The position numbers and the translations under genes were made by a program. DNA of 64,000 nucleotides, taken from Candidatus Calditenuaceae archaeon (GTDB taxonomy: Archaea; Thermoproteota; Nitrososphaeria_A; Caldarchaeales; Calditenuaceae). This document shows positions 18,704 through 27,233 of the stretch, in pieces (position 1 is the first letter of the stretch; each line of letters opens with the position of its first letter). A model generated the notes under the pieces. That model saw nothing but the letters and a program-made list of their open reading frames with translations, was not told the origin of the DNA and did no database searches. The DNA lies in contig JANXEE010000025.1 of assembly GCA_025058225.1 (NCBI GenBank), positions 11,302 through 75,301 on the forward strand. Direction: 5' to 3'.

Positions 18704-18755
18704 CGCACGTCCCATTTAAATCTCAGGAATCGTAATCTCTGATTGTGAAGTAGTT

Positions 18756-19391
18756 ATGATTAAGGTTAGGGCCCGGATGCCCATCAGCTGTCCGTGGGCC
18801 CGCAGGCTGAGGACGCTGGGGAACACGTGCGAAGTTGTGACGTGCGTCCCTAGGGTCAAGTCCCTCGGCGTGAACGCATTGGTGAAGGTCAGGTCCTCCA
18901 CTTTAGGGAGAACCGAGTTGAGCGAGACCGTCTCGAAGGTGCAGGGCGTCGAGCGGGCCTTGTTCTTCGAGGGCAACGAGAAGGACAGTTACATCGGAAT
19001 GGTGAGGACGAAGACCTGTGCCTGCGCGCGTGCTGGCATCCCGTTCAACAGGTTGATCGCGGTGAGGGAGTCCGGCGGATCCGTGGAATTTGAGATCCTC
19101 TTTGAGGACCCCAATGAGTTTAGCGAGTTCGTCAGGGAGTCCAACGCTAGGGGGTACTCCGCGATCATCGAAGAGATCAAACACACCGATAAGGACATGC
19201 CTCAGCTGACGAGGACCCAGATGCAGCTTCTTGCAGCTGCGCTCCACATGGGCTTTTACGAGGTCCCTAAGAGGGCCGGGACGAGAGAGCTGGCTCACCT
19301 TTTCGGAACTTCGCCGAGAGCTGTCTCAGAGGCCCTCAGGAGGGCCCATAAGAAGCTCGTTATGTCGACTATCTCCGCAACTGAGATCTGA
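18756..19391 (+). CDS. HTH_10 (bacterio-opsin activator-type) DNA-binding regulator
   Basis: 211 aa. The C-terminal LTRTQMQLLAAALHMGFYEVPKRAGTRELAHLFGTSPRAVSEALRRAHKKL matches the Bat-type HTH pattern. Confidence 0.7.
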   Translation: MIKVRARMPISCPWARRLRTLGNTCEVVTCVPRVKSLGVNALVKVRSSTLGRTELSETVSKVQGVERALFFEGNEKDSYIGMVRTKTCACARAGIPFNRLIAVRESGGSVEFEILFEDPNEFSEFVRESNARGYSAIIEEIKHTDKDMPQLTRTQMQLLAAALHMGFYEVPKRAGTRELAHLFGTSPRAVSEALRRAHKKLVMSTISATEI

Positions 19392-19565
19392 TGACCTTTG
19401 CTTACGGCTGGTGTTTCTTTGCGTGTCCCGACCTCTGACGCTCACTCACCGTGCAGTTGGGACCGACTTAGAACGATAAATTGCTTTGACTTACAGGGGC
19501 CATCACGAGGACTTGAGTTCTGATGATAAATCATTAATAGACTGATAACGGAACTTCTTGAATGC

Positions 19566-20372
19566 TCAGCGACCTCCATTATCCGCACCGGGCCTCCAAT
19601 AGATTATCTTACGTTCTAACAAAGAGACTGAGGCAAACATCGACAGTCCCAAACCTGCCATGACCACACATACGGCAGCTGATGACGCAACGTCCACATA
19701 GTAAATGCTTGAAAGCAGCAGGTAACCTAGGCCACCGGTTGATCCCGCCATCTCACCGACGACGGAACCGACCACCGATAGGACAGAACCGACTTTAAGA
19801 GACGCGAAAACGTTCGGGAGGGCTGCCCTTAACCTGACCTCTGTAAAGACCACCCACTCGTTGGCACCAAACGACCTCACGAGGTCTGTCAGGTCTTCGT
19901 CAACGTACTTCAGCCCAGAAACGGTTCCTACAGTGACCGGGAAATAAGAGACTAACGCGGCCATGAGCGTCTTAGCCCAGACGTCGTAACCCAGCCAGAA
20001 GGTGAGTAGGGGCGCCATGGCGACGACAGGGACGGCCTTGCTCGTGACCACGATAGGGTAAAGGAGCCTCTCCAGGACCCTCGAGTAGTACATCATCACC
20101 CCGATACCGAGCCCTGCCGCTGCACCTATCGCGAACCCAACTACGGACTCGAAAGCCGTCATGCCTAGATGCCTGAGGAAGAACGGGCCCCCCATTCCGC
20201 TGATTGAGCCGGCTACGTCGGAGACCGGAGGCAATATTACCCTAGGGACGCTGCCGGTGCGTGCTAAAACCTCGACCGCCAGCGCAAAAAGACCCAAGAA
20301 CGCGACCGATGGCCACCATTCCTTCGTCGAGGCCCTTAACCTGTCGGTAGATCTTCCCATGGCAGATTTCAA
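19566..20372 (-). CDS. ABC transporter permease, NitT/TauT (nitrate/sulfonate/bicarbonate) family
   Basis: 268 aa with about 6 TM helices. EAA-like loop (LVRSFGANEWVVFTEVRLRAALP). Confidence 0.85.
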   Translation of the reverse strand: MKSAMGRSTDRLRASTKEWWPSVAFLGLFALAVEVLARTGSVPRVILPPVSDVAGSISGMGGPFFLRHLGMTAFESVVGFAIGAAAGLGIGVMMYYSRVLERLLYPIVVTSKAVPVVAMAPLLTFWLGYDVWAKTLMAALVSYFPVTVGTVSGLKYVDEDLTDLVRSFGANEWVVFTEVRLRAALPNVFASLKVGSVLSVVGSVVGEMAGSTGGLGYLLLSSIYYVDVASSAAVCVVMAGLGLSMFASVSLLERKIIYWRPGADNGGR

Positions 20373-21154
20373 CCCGCCACCTCCAACCTTGAGAGCCTCA
20401 AGGCCTTCCGGACGCGTATGATGTGCTCGTAGAAGCGTTCGCTCTCTAACACCCTCGGATCGCGTTCCTTCCCCAAGTCAACACGGACCTCGGTGACCTT
20501 TCGACCGGGCCTCTCCGAGAGGACGATCACCCGGTCGGAGAACAAGACCGCTTCGTACACGTTGTGTGTTATCAAGAGTGCGGTCACACCGTTAGGCTCG
20601 CAGAGCCTGAGAAGATCGAAGTTCAGCGTCTCCCTGTTCATCTCGTCTAGGGAGGCAAAGGGCTCGTCCAGCAGGAGCACCTTAGGAGACTGAATCATCG
20701 CCCGTGCAAGGGCGCAACGCTGTTGCATCCCGATCGAGAGCTCATTGGGATAGCTGCGCTCGAAACCCTTGAGGCCGATCGCATGAAGTAAATCGATAGC
20801 CATGCGCTCTAGGCGGCCGTCGACGTCGCCTCTGATCCGGAGGGGAAGTAGCACGTTCTCCAGCACGCTCCTCCATGGCAGGAGAGTCGGTTTCTGAAAG
20901 ACAACCCCTATCTCACCCCTTCTCCTGGGAAGACTGGGATCTTCGCCGTCCATTAACACCCTACCGCTGGAAGGCCTCAGGAGACCCGCTGTGACCTTGA
21001 GCATCGTGGTCTTCCCACAACCCGAGGGCCCCAGCAACGCGACACGCTCGCCGTTTTCAACTTCAAGAGATATCGGACCGAGCGCGTTGATGAGGTCTCC
21101 GCTCTTCAGCCTGTATCGTACCGTCAGCTCGTCTACCACTATTCTGGCCCCCAT
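20369..21154 (-). CDS. ABC transporter ATP-binding protein, NitT/TauT family
   Basis: 261 aa. Walker A GPSGCGKTT, signature LSIGMQQR, Walker B LLLDEPFASLD. Confidence 0.9.
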   Translation of the reverse strand: MGARIVVDELTVRYRLKSGDLINALGPISLEVENGERVALLGPSGCGKTTMLKVTAGLLRPSSGRVLMDGEDPSLPRRRGEIGVVFQKPTLLPWRSVLENVLLPLRIRGDVDGRLERMAIDLLHAIGLKGFERSYPNELSIGMQQRCALARAMIQSPKVLLLDEPFASLDEMNRETLNFDLLRLCEPNGVTALLITHNVYEAVLFSDRVIVLSERPGRKVTEVRVDLGKERDPRVLESERFYEHIIRVRKALRLSRLEVAG

Positions 21155-21158
21155 CTGC

Positions 21159-22547
21159 TTATACCCCCAGTTTGCCAGGATTCATTACGTCGTTGGGGTC
21201 GACCTTTCGCTTGAAGTCCCTCATGGCCCGCAACTTCTCGGGAAAGAGCTCGCCGAGCCTATCGCTGATCTGATACGAATGCAGATCGAACTTGTATCCT
21301 ATTCCAGCGAACCTCTTCCTCAACTCTTCAAGCTTTTCGATGTCTCCCTCCACGAAGAGCCCGAAGTGCGCGTAAGGAGCGCCTCGTATCCAGAATAGGT
21401 TCACTTCGATCAGAGGCTCACCCACCTCAATCTCAGATACGCCCTCCACGACCTCCCACACGCGGTTGTGGTGATGATAGAGGACCAAGTAGAGCAGGTG
21501 TTTGCGGGGATCGCGGCTCTTTATGTGCCTAATGATGTACGGCGTCTGCGGAAGGCCGAAAACACCCGAGAGGACCCTGTCCATCGACGCTCGATCCATT
21601 ACGCCCATGTGGCTGATGCGTCCACCAAATCGTTCCACTCCACGACGGAACACATCAACTAAACCCCTGCCCGAGGGATAAGCGGCGATGACTTTCCAGC
21701 CGTCTCTAAGACTACTTGAGCCCATGAAGTCGTCCGTGAGCCGACTATAGCCAGAGTTCCTCACCATAAGGTGCCAAAACTCAACCCTCTCCTCTATGAA
21801 GCGGTCGACGAGGTCAGCCACCGAGCTCAGCTCGTACAGTGAACCCTCCGCGAGCACGTGTTCCGACAATGGGCGCAACCTCAAACCCACTTCGACGACT
21901 ACACCAACGGTCCCCATGCTGTGCGTGACGACATCTGCCTCCTCGGTTTGCAGGACTACCACCTCACCAGAGGGTGTGACCAGTTTGACGGAGTCTACGT
22001 TGTCCCAGATCAGTCCGTACTCATACGATCCGATCCCCCTGCTGCCGCCCGCCACGAAGCCACCGACTGTAGCCAGAGGATAGCTGGTTGGGTAAACCCT
22101 GAGGTCCATGCCCCTGCTACGTACCCGCTGCATCAGCGTGCCGAACCTGCACCCCGCTTCGACCTTAACCGTTGAACCGTCGATGTCCCCGACATTGTTC
22201 ATGAGCCTCATGTCCAACAGAATTCCGCCTCTAATCGGAAGGACGCCGCCTACGTTGTTGCCTGTCCCTCCGCCCCTAGGTATTATCGGGATGCCGTGCG
22301 AGTCGGCGAACCTCAACAACCAGATCACCTCCTTCACGTTGCGGGGAAAAACCACGACATCTGCAACCGCAGACTCGACGAGCCCCGAAAAAGCCGGCGA
22401 TATCCACGCCCAATCGGTTGAAAGTTTCCTTCTGACCCACTCATCCAGATAGGTCCTACCCTTAAAATTCTTCTCGATTTCGTTCAAGAGATCACGGTCT
22501 AGGGAGGTCCTCACTCCCGTATCATCGCGAACCTGCGACGACATCAT
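21159..22547 (-). CDS. FAD-linked oxidase (GlcD / FAD_binding_4 family)
   Basis: 462 aa. VVVFPRNVKEVIWLLRFADSHGIPIIPRGGGTGNNVGG is the typical FAD-binding PCMH N-terminus. Confidence 0.8.
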   Translation of the reverse strand: MMSSQVRDDTGVRTSLDRDLLNEIEKNFKGRTYLDEWVRRKLSTDWAWISPAFSGLVESAVADVVVFPRNVKEVIWLLRFADSHGIPIIPRGGGTGNNVGGVLPIRGGILLDMRLMNNVGDIDGSTVKVEAGCRFGTLMQRVRSRGMDLRVYPTSYPLATVGGFVAGGSRGIGSYEYGLIWDNVDSVKLVTPSGEVVVLQTEEADVVTHSMGTVGVVVEVGLRLRPLSEHVLAEGSLYELSSVADLVDRFIEERVEFWHLMVRNSGYSRLTDDFMGSSSLRDGWKVIAAYPSGRGLVDVFRRGVERFGGRISHMGVMDRASMDRVLSGVFGLPQTPYIIRHIKSRDPRKHLLYLVLYHHHNRVWEVVEGVSEIEVGEPLIEVNLFWIRGAPYAHFGLFVEGDIEKLEELRKRFAGIGYKFDLHSYQISDRLGELFPEKLRAMRDFKRKVDPNDVMNPGKLGV

Positions 22548-23553
22548 TAATGACCTCCTCGGGCCTCACCTCTCTGGACAGCTTCCCGGCTTCCACCAAG
22601 AGCCGGCTCAGACCGATCAGGGCTTCGCGCTCTATCACTCCTAACTTTGTGGGATCCTTCGCACCCATCAGCTCGAGCCCTATCAAGAACCTCTCGAGGA
22701 GGACTTCGCGGTGCGCCGGCGGGTTGTAATCGCGGTAACTCATTGCTGTGTCAACAGCCTGTTCCTTGTTCGAGTAGGCCCACACGATCCCCCTCCTGAC
22801 CGCTTCAAGGAACCGCTTGACGACATCGGCGTTCGCCTTTACGTATTCCTCGTTGCCGAAGATCACCAGCGAGGGGTAGTTCAGTCCCAGATCGCTGAAA
22901 CGAATGAATTCTACGTCTATTCCCTCCCTTTTGAACGTCGCCAGGTCGGTGACCCATCCAACGACGGCGTCTACCCTCCTTGAAGCGAGCGGTGTGACCA
23001 CATCTGACCCTATGTTCACCTTGTTCACCGACTCTGACTTCAACCCTTGACGTTTGAAGAGGACGTCGAACTGGAGGTCTTGTGTCGACCCTATGAGGGC
23101 ACCCACAGTCTTCCCTTGCAAGTCCGCCAACGATCTCACCCCCGAACCCTTAATGACGAATAGCCCTGCCGGGTTCTCCCTGAAGACCTGGAAGACGACG
23201 CTGAGCTTCGCCCCCCTCGATACGGCCGAGAGGACCACGTCCAGCGTAGCGAGACCTAGGTCAGCCTTGCCCGTCGTGACCAGCTCGACAGCGTACGGGC
23301 TGTTCTTCCCGGGAATGACCTCTAAGCTGATCCCCTCGTCCCTGAAGAACCCCTTGCTCAAGGCTGCGAAGTAGGGTACGTGATGTCCGTCCAGGGCGCC
23401 GAAGTTGAGTACGAACCTGACGTGCCTCAACTCGGATGGCTTTCCGAAGAGCGAAGAGTAGGGCAGTAACGCAACCGTCGCTACGATCACCGCCGTCACC
23501 AGCACCAGAACCAACAGCCGTTGAGACCTCACGGCCGCATTCGATTTCCACAT
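22522..23553 (-). CDS. ABC substrate-binding protein, NMT1/THI5-like (SsuA/TauA type), N-terminal anchor
   Basis: 343 aa. Signal/anchor LLVLVLVTAVIVATVALL. PBP type-2 pattern (VRFVLNFGALDGHHVPYFAALSKGFFRDEGI). Confidence 0.8.
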   Translation of the reverse strand: MWKSNAAVRSQRLLVLVLVTAVIVATVALLPYSSLFGKPSELRHVRFVLNFGALDGHHVPYFAALSKGFFRDEGISLEVIPGKNSPYAVELVTTGKADLGLATLDVVLSAVSRGAKLSVVFQVFRENPAGLFVIKGSGVRSLADLQGKTVGALIGSTQDLQFDVLFKRQGLKSESVNKVNIGSDVVTPLASRRVDAVVGWVTDLATFKREGIDVEFIRFSDLGLNYPSLVIFGNEEYVKANADVVKRFLEAVRRGIVWAYSNKEQAVDTAMSYRDYNPPAHREVLLERFLIGLELMGAKDPTKLGVIEREALIGLSRLLVEAGKLSREVRPEEVINDVVAGSR

Positions 23554-23620
23554 CTAGTTAAATCTGAGGTGCGGCTGTTACAAACATTAATGACAAACTA
23601 CCCCAATTACGTCAACAGAT

Positions 23621-23785
23621 GGCGGTCTCCCCCGAACACCCATTAACTGAGAGTACGGAGCGGGTGATGTGTTCAGACGAAGGGTGACCGGTCCCGAGGT
23701 GCACCGCGCCTGTGTTACCGTAGGCTTCCATCCGGATGCCCTGTCTACCCCGAAGAGGCCAAAAGAGCTTCCGGCAGAGACCGCA
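23621..23785. ncRNA. GC-rich structured island, candidate non-coding RNA of unknown class
   Basis: A 165-nt GC-rich block inside a 355-bp, otherwise AT-rich spacer. It is closed by an 8-bp complement: GCGGTCTC (23622-29) with GAGACCGC (23777-84). Internally there is a 10-bp palindrome CATCCGGATG (23729-38) and a C(UUCG)G tetraloop hairpin when read on the minus strand (23750-55). TATA-like boxes flank both sides. Confidence 0.25.
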
Positions 23786-23908
23786 CCCAGATGGGGGTGA
23801 GGAAAAGCAGATCGATTTCGTTCCAGTTGAAAGAAATTCGTGGCGGTGGTTCAATTTATAAAGAAAAAAGTATTTTATTAAGAAACATCAAGCGGAATCG
23901 ACGACCTG

Positions 23909-25804
23909 TTGATGACTCAACAGAGGGCAGTGAGGGACGTTCCCTCGGGGACGGGCCCGGTGCCCCTGGAGGAGAGGGCGGTACCTGATTGGTGGAAGCG
24001 GCTCTTTAACGACCTTTACCTGATAACGGACGGCGATGTGGTCTGTAACAACAGGCTGACCGGACACGAGGTCGACGTGATCATCGAGCTCCTGGACCTC
24101 GACAAGGACGACGCAATTCTGGACCTCTGTTGCGGCAACGGTAGACACTCACTCGAACTCGCGAGACGGGGCTTCAGACGAGTCCACGGGTTGGACTACT
24201 CGGAATACCTCATCAACTTGGCGAGAGAGTCCGCGATGAGCGAGGGCCTCCGCGTCGACTTCAGATGCGGGGACGCAAGGCGTCTGCCGTACGAGGACAA
24301 CACCTTCAGCGCTGTGATTATGATGGGGAACAGCTTCGGTTACTTCAGAAAGGAGTCCGACAACCTGAAGGTACTGAAGGAGGTCCACAGGGTCCTCAGA
24401 CCGTACGGGAGGCTTCTGATGGACGTGACCGACGCCGATCACTTCCGAAACACCTTCGAGCCCGTGAGAGCTGAGGTCCACGACCACTCAGTCGTCGTGA
24501 GGTTGAGGGAGTTATCGAAAGACAGGAGCAGAGTCTTCACTCGGGAGATCGTCATAAGGGGAGACTCGGTGATCGCAGATCAGATCTACGACATAAGGCT
24601 CTACGCCTTCAACGACTTGAAGGGCATCCTCGAGAGGGCGGAGTTCGTCAACGTCACCCTGAGGACCAAGCTCAACTACGACCCTCTGGACAAGGACCCC
24701 GGTATGATGGGCTCGAGGATGGTCGTGACAGCCTCTGCGTCCAAAGAGCCGAGCGACGCCGGAAAGAAGCCGCTGATCGTAGTGCTCTTGGGAGACCCGC
24801 GCAGGCTTAACCCCGTGAAACCCGGCTTCAGGTTCGACGATGACGACCTCCACGCGGTCAATGAGCTCAAATCAGCTCTCTACGGCATCCGGGAATACAG
24901 GTTCTTGTTCTTAGACGATCACTCGAAGATGCTGAAGTTCTTGATGGAGAACCAGGGATCGATTCACTTGGTCCTCAACCTTTGCGACGACGGCTTCCTC
25001 AACGACCCCAACATGGAGGGACACGTGGCGGCTGTGCTGGACGTCTTGAACCTGAAGTACACCGGAGCCGGACCGGCCTGCCTCAGCATGTGTTACGACA
25101 AATCCGTTGTGAAGGCAGTCGCCAGCTCCTTGAAGATACCTGTGCCACATCACGTGATGATCAACAGCATGAGAGACCTGAGTTCAGTCCCGCGTGACGT
25201 CCTTCCGGGACTGGTCAAGCCCAACTACGGAGACAACAGCTGGGGCATATCTCACAAGAGCGTTGTCAGGACGAAAGAGGAGCTCGTTCAGGCCTTCAGA
25301 CATCTCCGTGAAGAGTGGAGATACGAGGGCCCGGTCATCGTTGAGAAGTTCATTGATGGCGACGACCTGACGGTCTCGATGATCGGCAACCCACCGGATG
25401 TCGTCTTCCTACCGGTCCTAAAGGAGGACTACACCGAACTTCCAGACGGCCTCCCAAAGGTCTTGACATATGACGCGAAGTGGAACCCTGACTCCCCATA
25501 CTGGAGGGTGAGGTCGGTCCCGGCGAACCTGCCACGCGACGTTCAAGCGCGGCTATTCGCTTGGAGCGAGAGGCTCTTCACTAGGCTGGGCTGTAGGGAC
25601 TACGCGAGGTTCGACTGGAGGCTCGGCCGCGACGGAATTCCCAGGCTCCTCGAGGCAAACCCCAACCCCGGATGGGTATGGGACGGACACCTGCGGAAGG
25701 CGTGCAAACACGCGGGCTGGACCTATGAGAGGATGTTCAAAGAGATCATCAGAGCCGCCGAAAAGAGGTACGGCCTCAGGAACCGGACCGGTTTCAAACG
25801 TTGA
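23909..25804 (+). CDS. Fusion protein: class I SAM-dependent methyltransferase (N) + D-Ala-D-Ala ligase-like ATP-grasp (C)
   Basis: 631 aa. N-terminal part: ILDLCCGNGRHSLELARRGF (SAM motif I) and VLRPYGRLLMDV. C-terminal part: LIVVLLGD..., LNLKYTGAGPACLSMCYDKSVVK, LVKPNYGDNSWGI, VIVEKFIDGDDLTVSMIG, LLEANPNPGW (Ddl/ATP-grasp pattern). Confidence 0.8.
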   Translation: MMTQQRAVRDVPSGTGPVPLEERAVPDWWKRLFNDLYLITDGDVVCNNRLTGHEVDVIIELLDLDKDDAILDLCCGNGRHSLELARRGFRRVHGLDYSEYLINLARESAMSEGLRVDFRCGDARRLPYEDNTFSAVIMMGNSFGYFRKESDNLKVLKEVHRVLRPYGRLLMDVTDADHFRNTFEPVRAEVHDHSVVVRLRELSKDRSRVFTREIVIRGDSVIADQIYDIRLYAFNDLKGILERAEFVNVTLRTKLNYDPLDKDPGMMGSRMVVTASASKEPSDAGKKPLIVVLLGDPRRLNPVKPGFRFDDDDLHAVNELKSALYGIREYRFLFLDDHSKMLKFLMENQGSIHLVLNLCDDGFLNDPNMEGHVAAVLDVLNLKYTGAGPACLSMCYDKSVVKAVASSLKIPVPHHVMINSMRDLSSVPRDVLPGLVKPNYGDNSWGISHKSVVRTKEELVQAFRHLREEWRYEGPVIVEKFIDGDDLTVSMIGNPPDVVFLPVLKEDYTELPDGLPKVLTYDAKWNPDSPYWRVRSVPANLPRDVQARLFAWSERLFTRLGCRDYARFDWRLGRDGIPRLLEANPNPGWVWDGHLRKACKHAGWTYERMFKEIIRAAEKRYGLRNRTGFKR

Positions 25805-26351
25805 CCCCCCTTAAGCTGACGAGCTTGGTATTGCCGTAGGGCGCCGTAACGACGATGCCACGCCTCTCGAGCTGCCTGATAACCCTGTGTGCCTTAACTC
25901 GGGAGATGCCAAGCTCTCTCGCGATGTCCCTCTGCGTCATCGGACCTCTGCTCGACAAGAGCCGGACCACCCTCCTCTCCTCCTCCAGAAGACCGATGTG
26001 GTTGAGAGCGTCCACTGAGGTCTTTGCGGGTGACCTCAGCTCTAGGACGAGCACCACCGCGAGGCCCACCACCCCTAATGCCACCACGACACCGATCAAC
26101 GGACCTAAGGACACCATCCCGTGACACATGGGACACCACCCCATCATAGCGGGTGCCGCCGGCCGCGAGAACAATACGGCGGAGGTGAATACTGTGACCA
26201 CGGCTAAGACAGCGGTGAGTGCCAAGAGCAACGTTCTGTTCACGGAGTGAGATAACTCGTCCTTTACTTCAACCGTGCCCTTAACCTGCGTACCGCAAGG
26301 AGGCGGTAGCCACCGAGCTCGGGACTGAACTGTCCGACCAAGGGACCACAA
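25794..26351 (-). CDS. Membrane-tethered winged-helix (MarR/ArsR-like) transcriptional regulator
   Basis: 185 aa. Two TM helices flank MMGWCPMCHGM. C-terminal HTH: RVVRLLSSRGPMTQRDIARELGISRVKAHRVIRQLERRGIV. Confidence 0.6.
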   Translation of the reverse strand: MWSLGRTVQSRARWLPPPCGTQVKGTVEVKDELSHSVNRTLLLALTAVLAVVTVFTSAVLFSRPAAPAMMGWCPMCHGMVSLGPLIGVVVALGVVGLAVVLVLELRSPAKTSVDALNHIGLLEEERRVVRLLSSRGPMTQRDIARELGISRVKAHRVIRQLERRGIVVTAPYGNTKLVSLRGVNV

Positions 26352-26402
26352 CCCGTCGATGATATCTTTTTATGGACGCCGAAAGAACGCATCCCGCAAA
26401 CG

Positions 26403-26687
26403 GTGAAAGATGAGATGAGCACCTCGGACGTGACCGTGTTGGTAGGAAAGAAGCCGGCGATGAGCTACGTGCTAGCGTGTCTGATAGCGCTGCAGCAGGG
26501 ACAGAACATCACGTTGAAGGCTAGGGGCAGGTCGATCAGCAGAGCCGTAGACGTCGTCCAGATACTCAGGAACAGGTTCCTGAAGGACCTGAGGGTGACC
26601 CAGATAAACCTAGGGACCGAGACGCTGAAGGGACAGGACGGACGCGACGTCAACGTCAGCACCATCGAGATCAAGATAGGCCACTGA
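26403..26687 (+). CDS. albA: Alba DNA/RNA-binding chromatin protein
   Basis: 94 aa. Motifs: VLVGKKPAMSYVLACL, ITLKARGRSISRAVDVVQILRNRF, VSTIEIKI. The start may be the ATG at 26415. Confidence 0.9.
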   Translation: MKDEMSTSDVTVLVGKKPAMSYVLACLIALQQGQNITLKARGRSISRAVDVVQILRNRFLKDLRVTQINLGTETLKGQDGRDVNVSTIEIKIGH

Positions 26688-26734
26688 AAAGCCGGTCGAT
26701 AGGTGCTGAGCGATGAGCTGGGGGACTTGGGGCC

Positions 26735-27232
26735 TTGAGACTTCCGGTGTGCGAGTTCGACGTGAGGACCGGAACGTTGTGTCCCAAGTGCGAGCCCCTC
26801 ATCTCCTCAGGTGCACTCTCGCCGGAGGACTTGCGGTTGATGAGGGAGCTCCTGGATGCGGAACCTCAGTTCCCTCAGCTCAAGCCGGCTGAATACATAA
26901 AAACCATTAGAGCAAGCGGAATTTTCTTTGTTTTCCTTCGACCCCATGTGGAGATCAAGCCAATCAAATCCAGACTCGAACGATACCTCTCACAGAGGCT
27001 CGGTGCACAGGCGAACGTCATCGAATACACAGGGCGCGTCAACGAGCTGCTCGAGCAGCTGGTGAAGCCCGCGAGGATAACCGGCATCAGCAGGATCTGG
27101 CTCCCCGACGGCACCGAGCAACTACTCGTGAAGGTGGACAGGATGTCGTCCGTCACGATCGGCGTTGACAGGGTCAACGACGTCCTCAGGGCCCTGAGAG
27201 GGCTCGAGGTGGTGATAGAGCAGGGGGGATGA
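26735..27232 (+). CDS. Conserved Zn-ribbon protein, possibly RNA-binding (function uncertain)
   Basis: 165 aa, TTG start. N-terminal CEFDVRTGTLCPKC zinc-ribbon-like motif. Codon usage resembles the neighbouring genes. Confidence 0.5.
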   Translation: MRLPVCEFDVRTGTLCPKCEPLISSGALSPEDLRLMRELLDAEPQFPQLKPAEYIKTIRASGIFFVFLRPHVEIKPIKSRLERYLSQRLGAQANVIEYTGRVNELLEQLVKPARITGISRIWLPDGTEQLLVKVDRMSSVTIGVDRVNDVLRALRGLEVVIEQGG

Positions 27233-27233
27233 G

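Noticed and set aside
17330-18715. A 461-aa ORF on the minus strand, the fourth-longest in the track
   Set aside because: It runs antisense to the unmistakable TBP gene and out of frame over the CobY-like gene. Its composition is dominated by Arg/Pro/Gly/Glu/Asp/Leu with no motif. This is a typical shadow ORF of a GC-rich genome.
19519-19565. A C/D-box sRNA in the spacer after the HTH_10 gene (CUGAUGA ... CUGA)
   Set aside because: Only one C-like box and one D-prime-like box are present. There is no C-prime or terminal D box, no terminal stem, and the C box begins with C rather than a purine. The ATGAT-AA-ATCAT palindrome there is more simply part of a bidirectional terminator region.
23612-23854. 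An 80-aa minus-strand ORF inside the GC-rich island
   Set aside because: It is Cys/Gly/Ser/His-rich, has no SD or promoter at a sensible distance, and coincides exactly with the structured block. It is more likely non-coding.
23554-23908. TPP riboswitch (the minus-strand operon begins with a THI5/NMT1-like gene), SRP RNA or minimal RNase P RNA
   Set aside because: TPP: a UGGGUGC and a CCGGAUGGAAGCC segment exist on the minus strand, but CUGAGA occurs only on the opposite strand and ACCUGA is absent.

SRP: the helix-8-like segment lacks the invariant AGCA loop and has GGAU in place of a GNAR-type tetraloop. The block is also only ~165 nt, with no 5-prime/3-prime Alu-type pairing.

RNase P: no GGAAAGUCC-type P4 sequence is present.

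I kept it as an unclassified candidate only.
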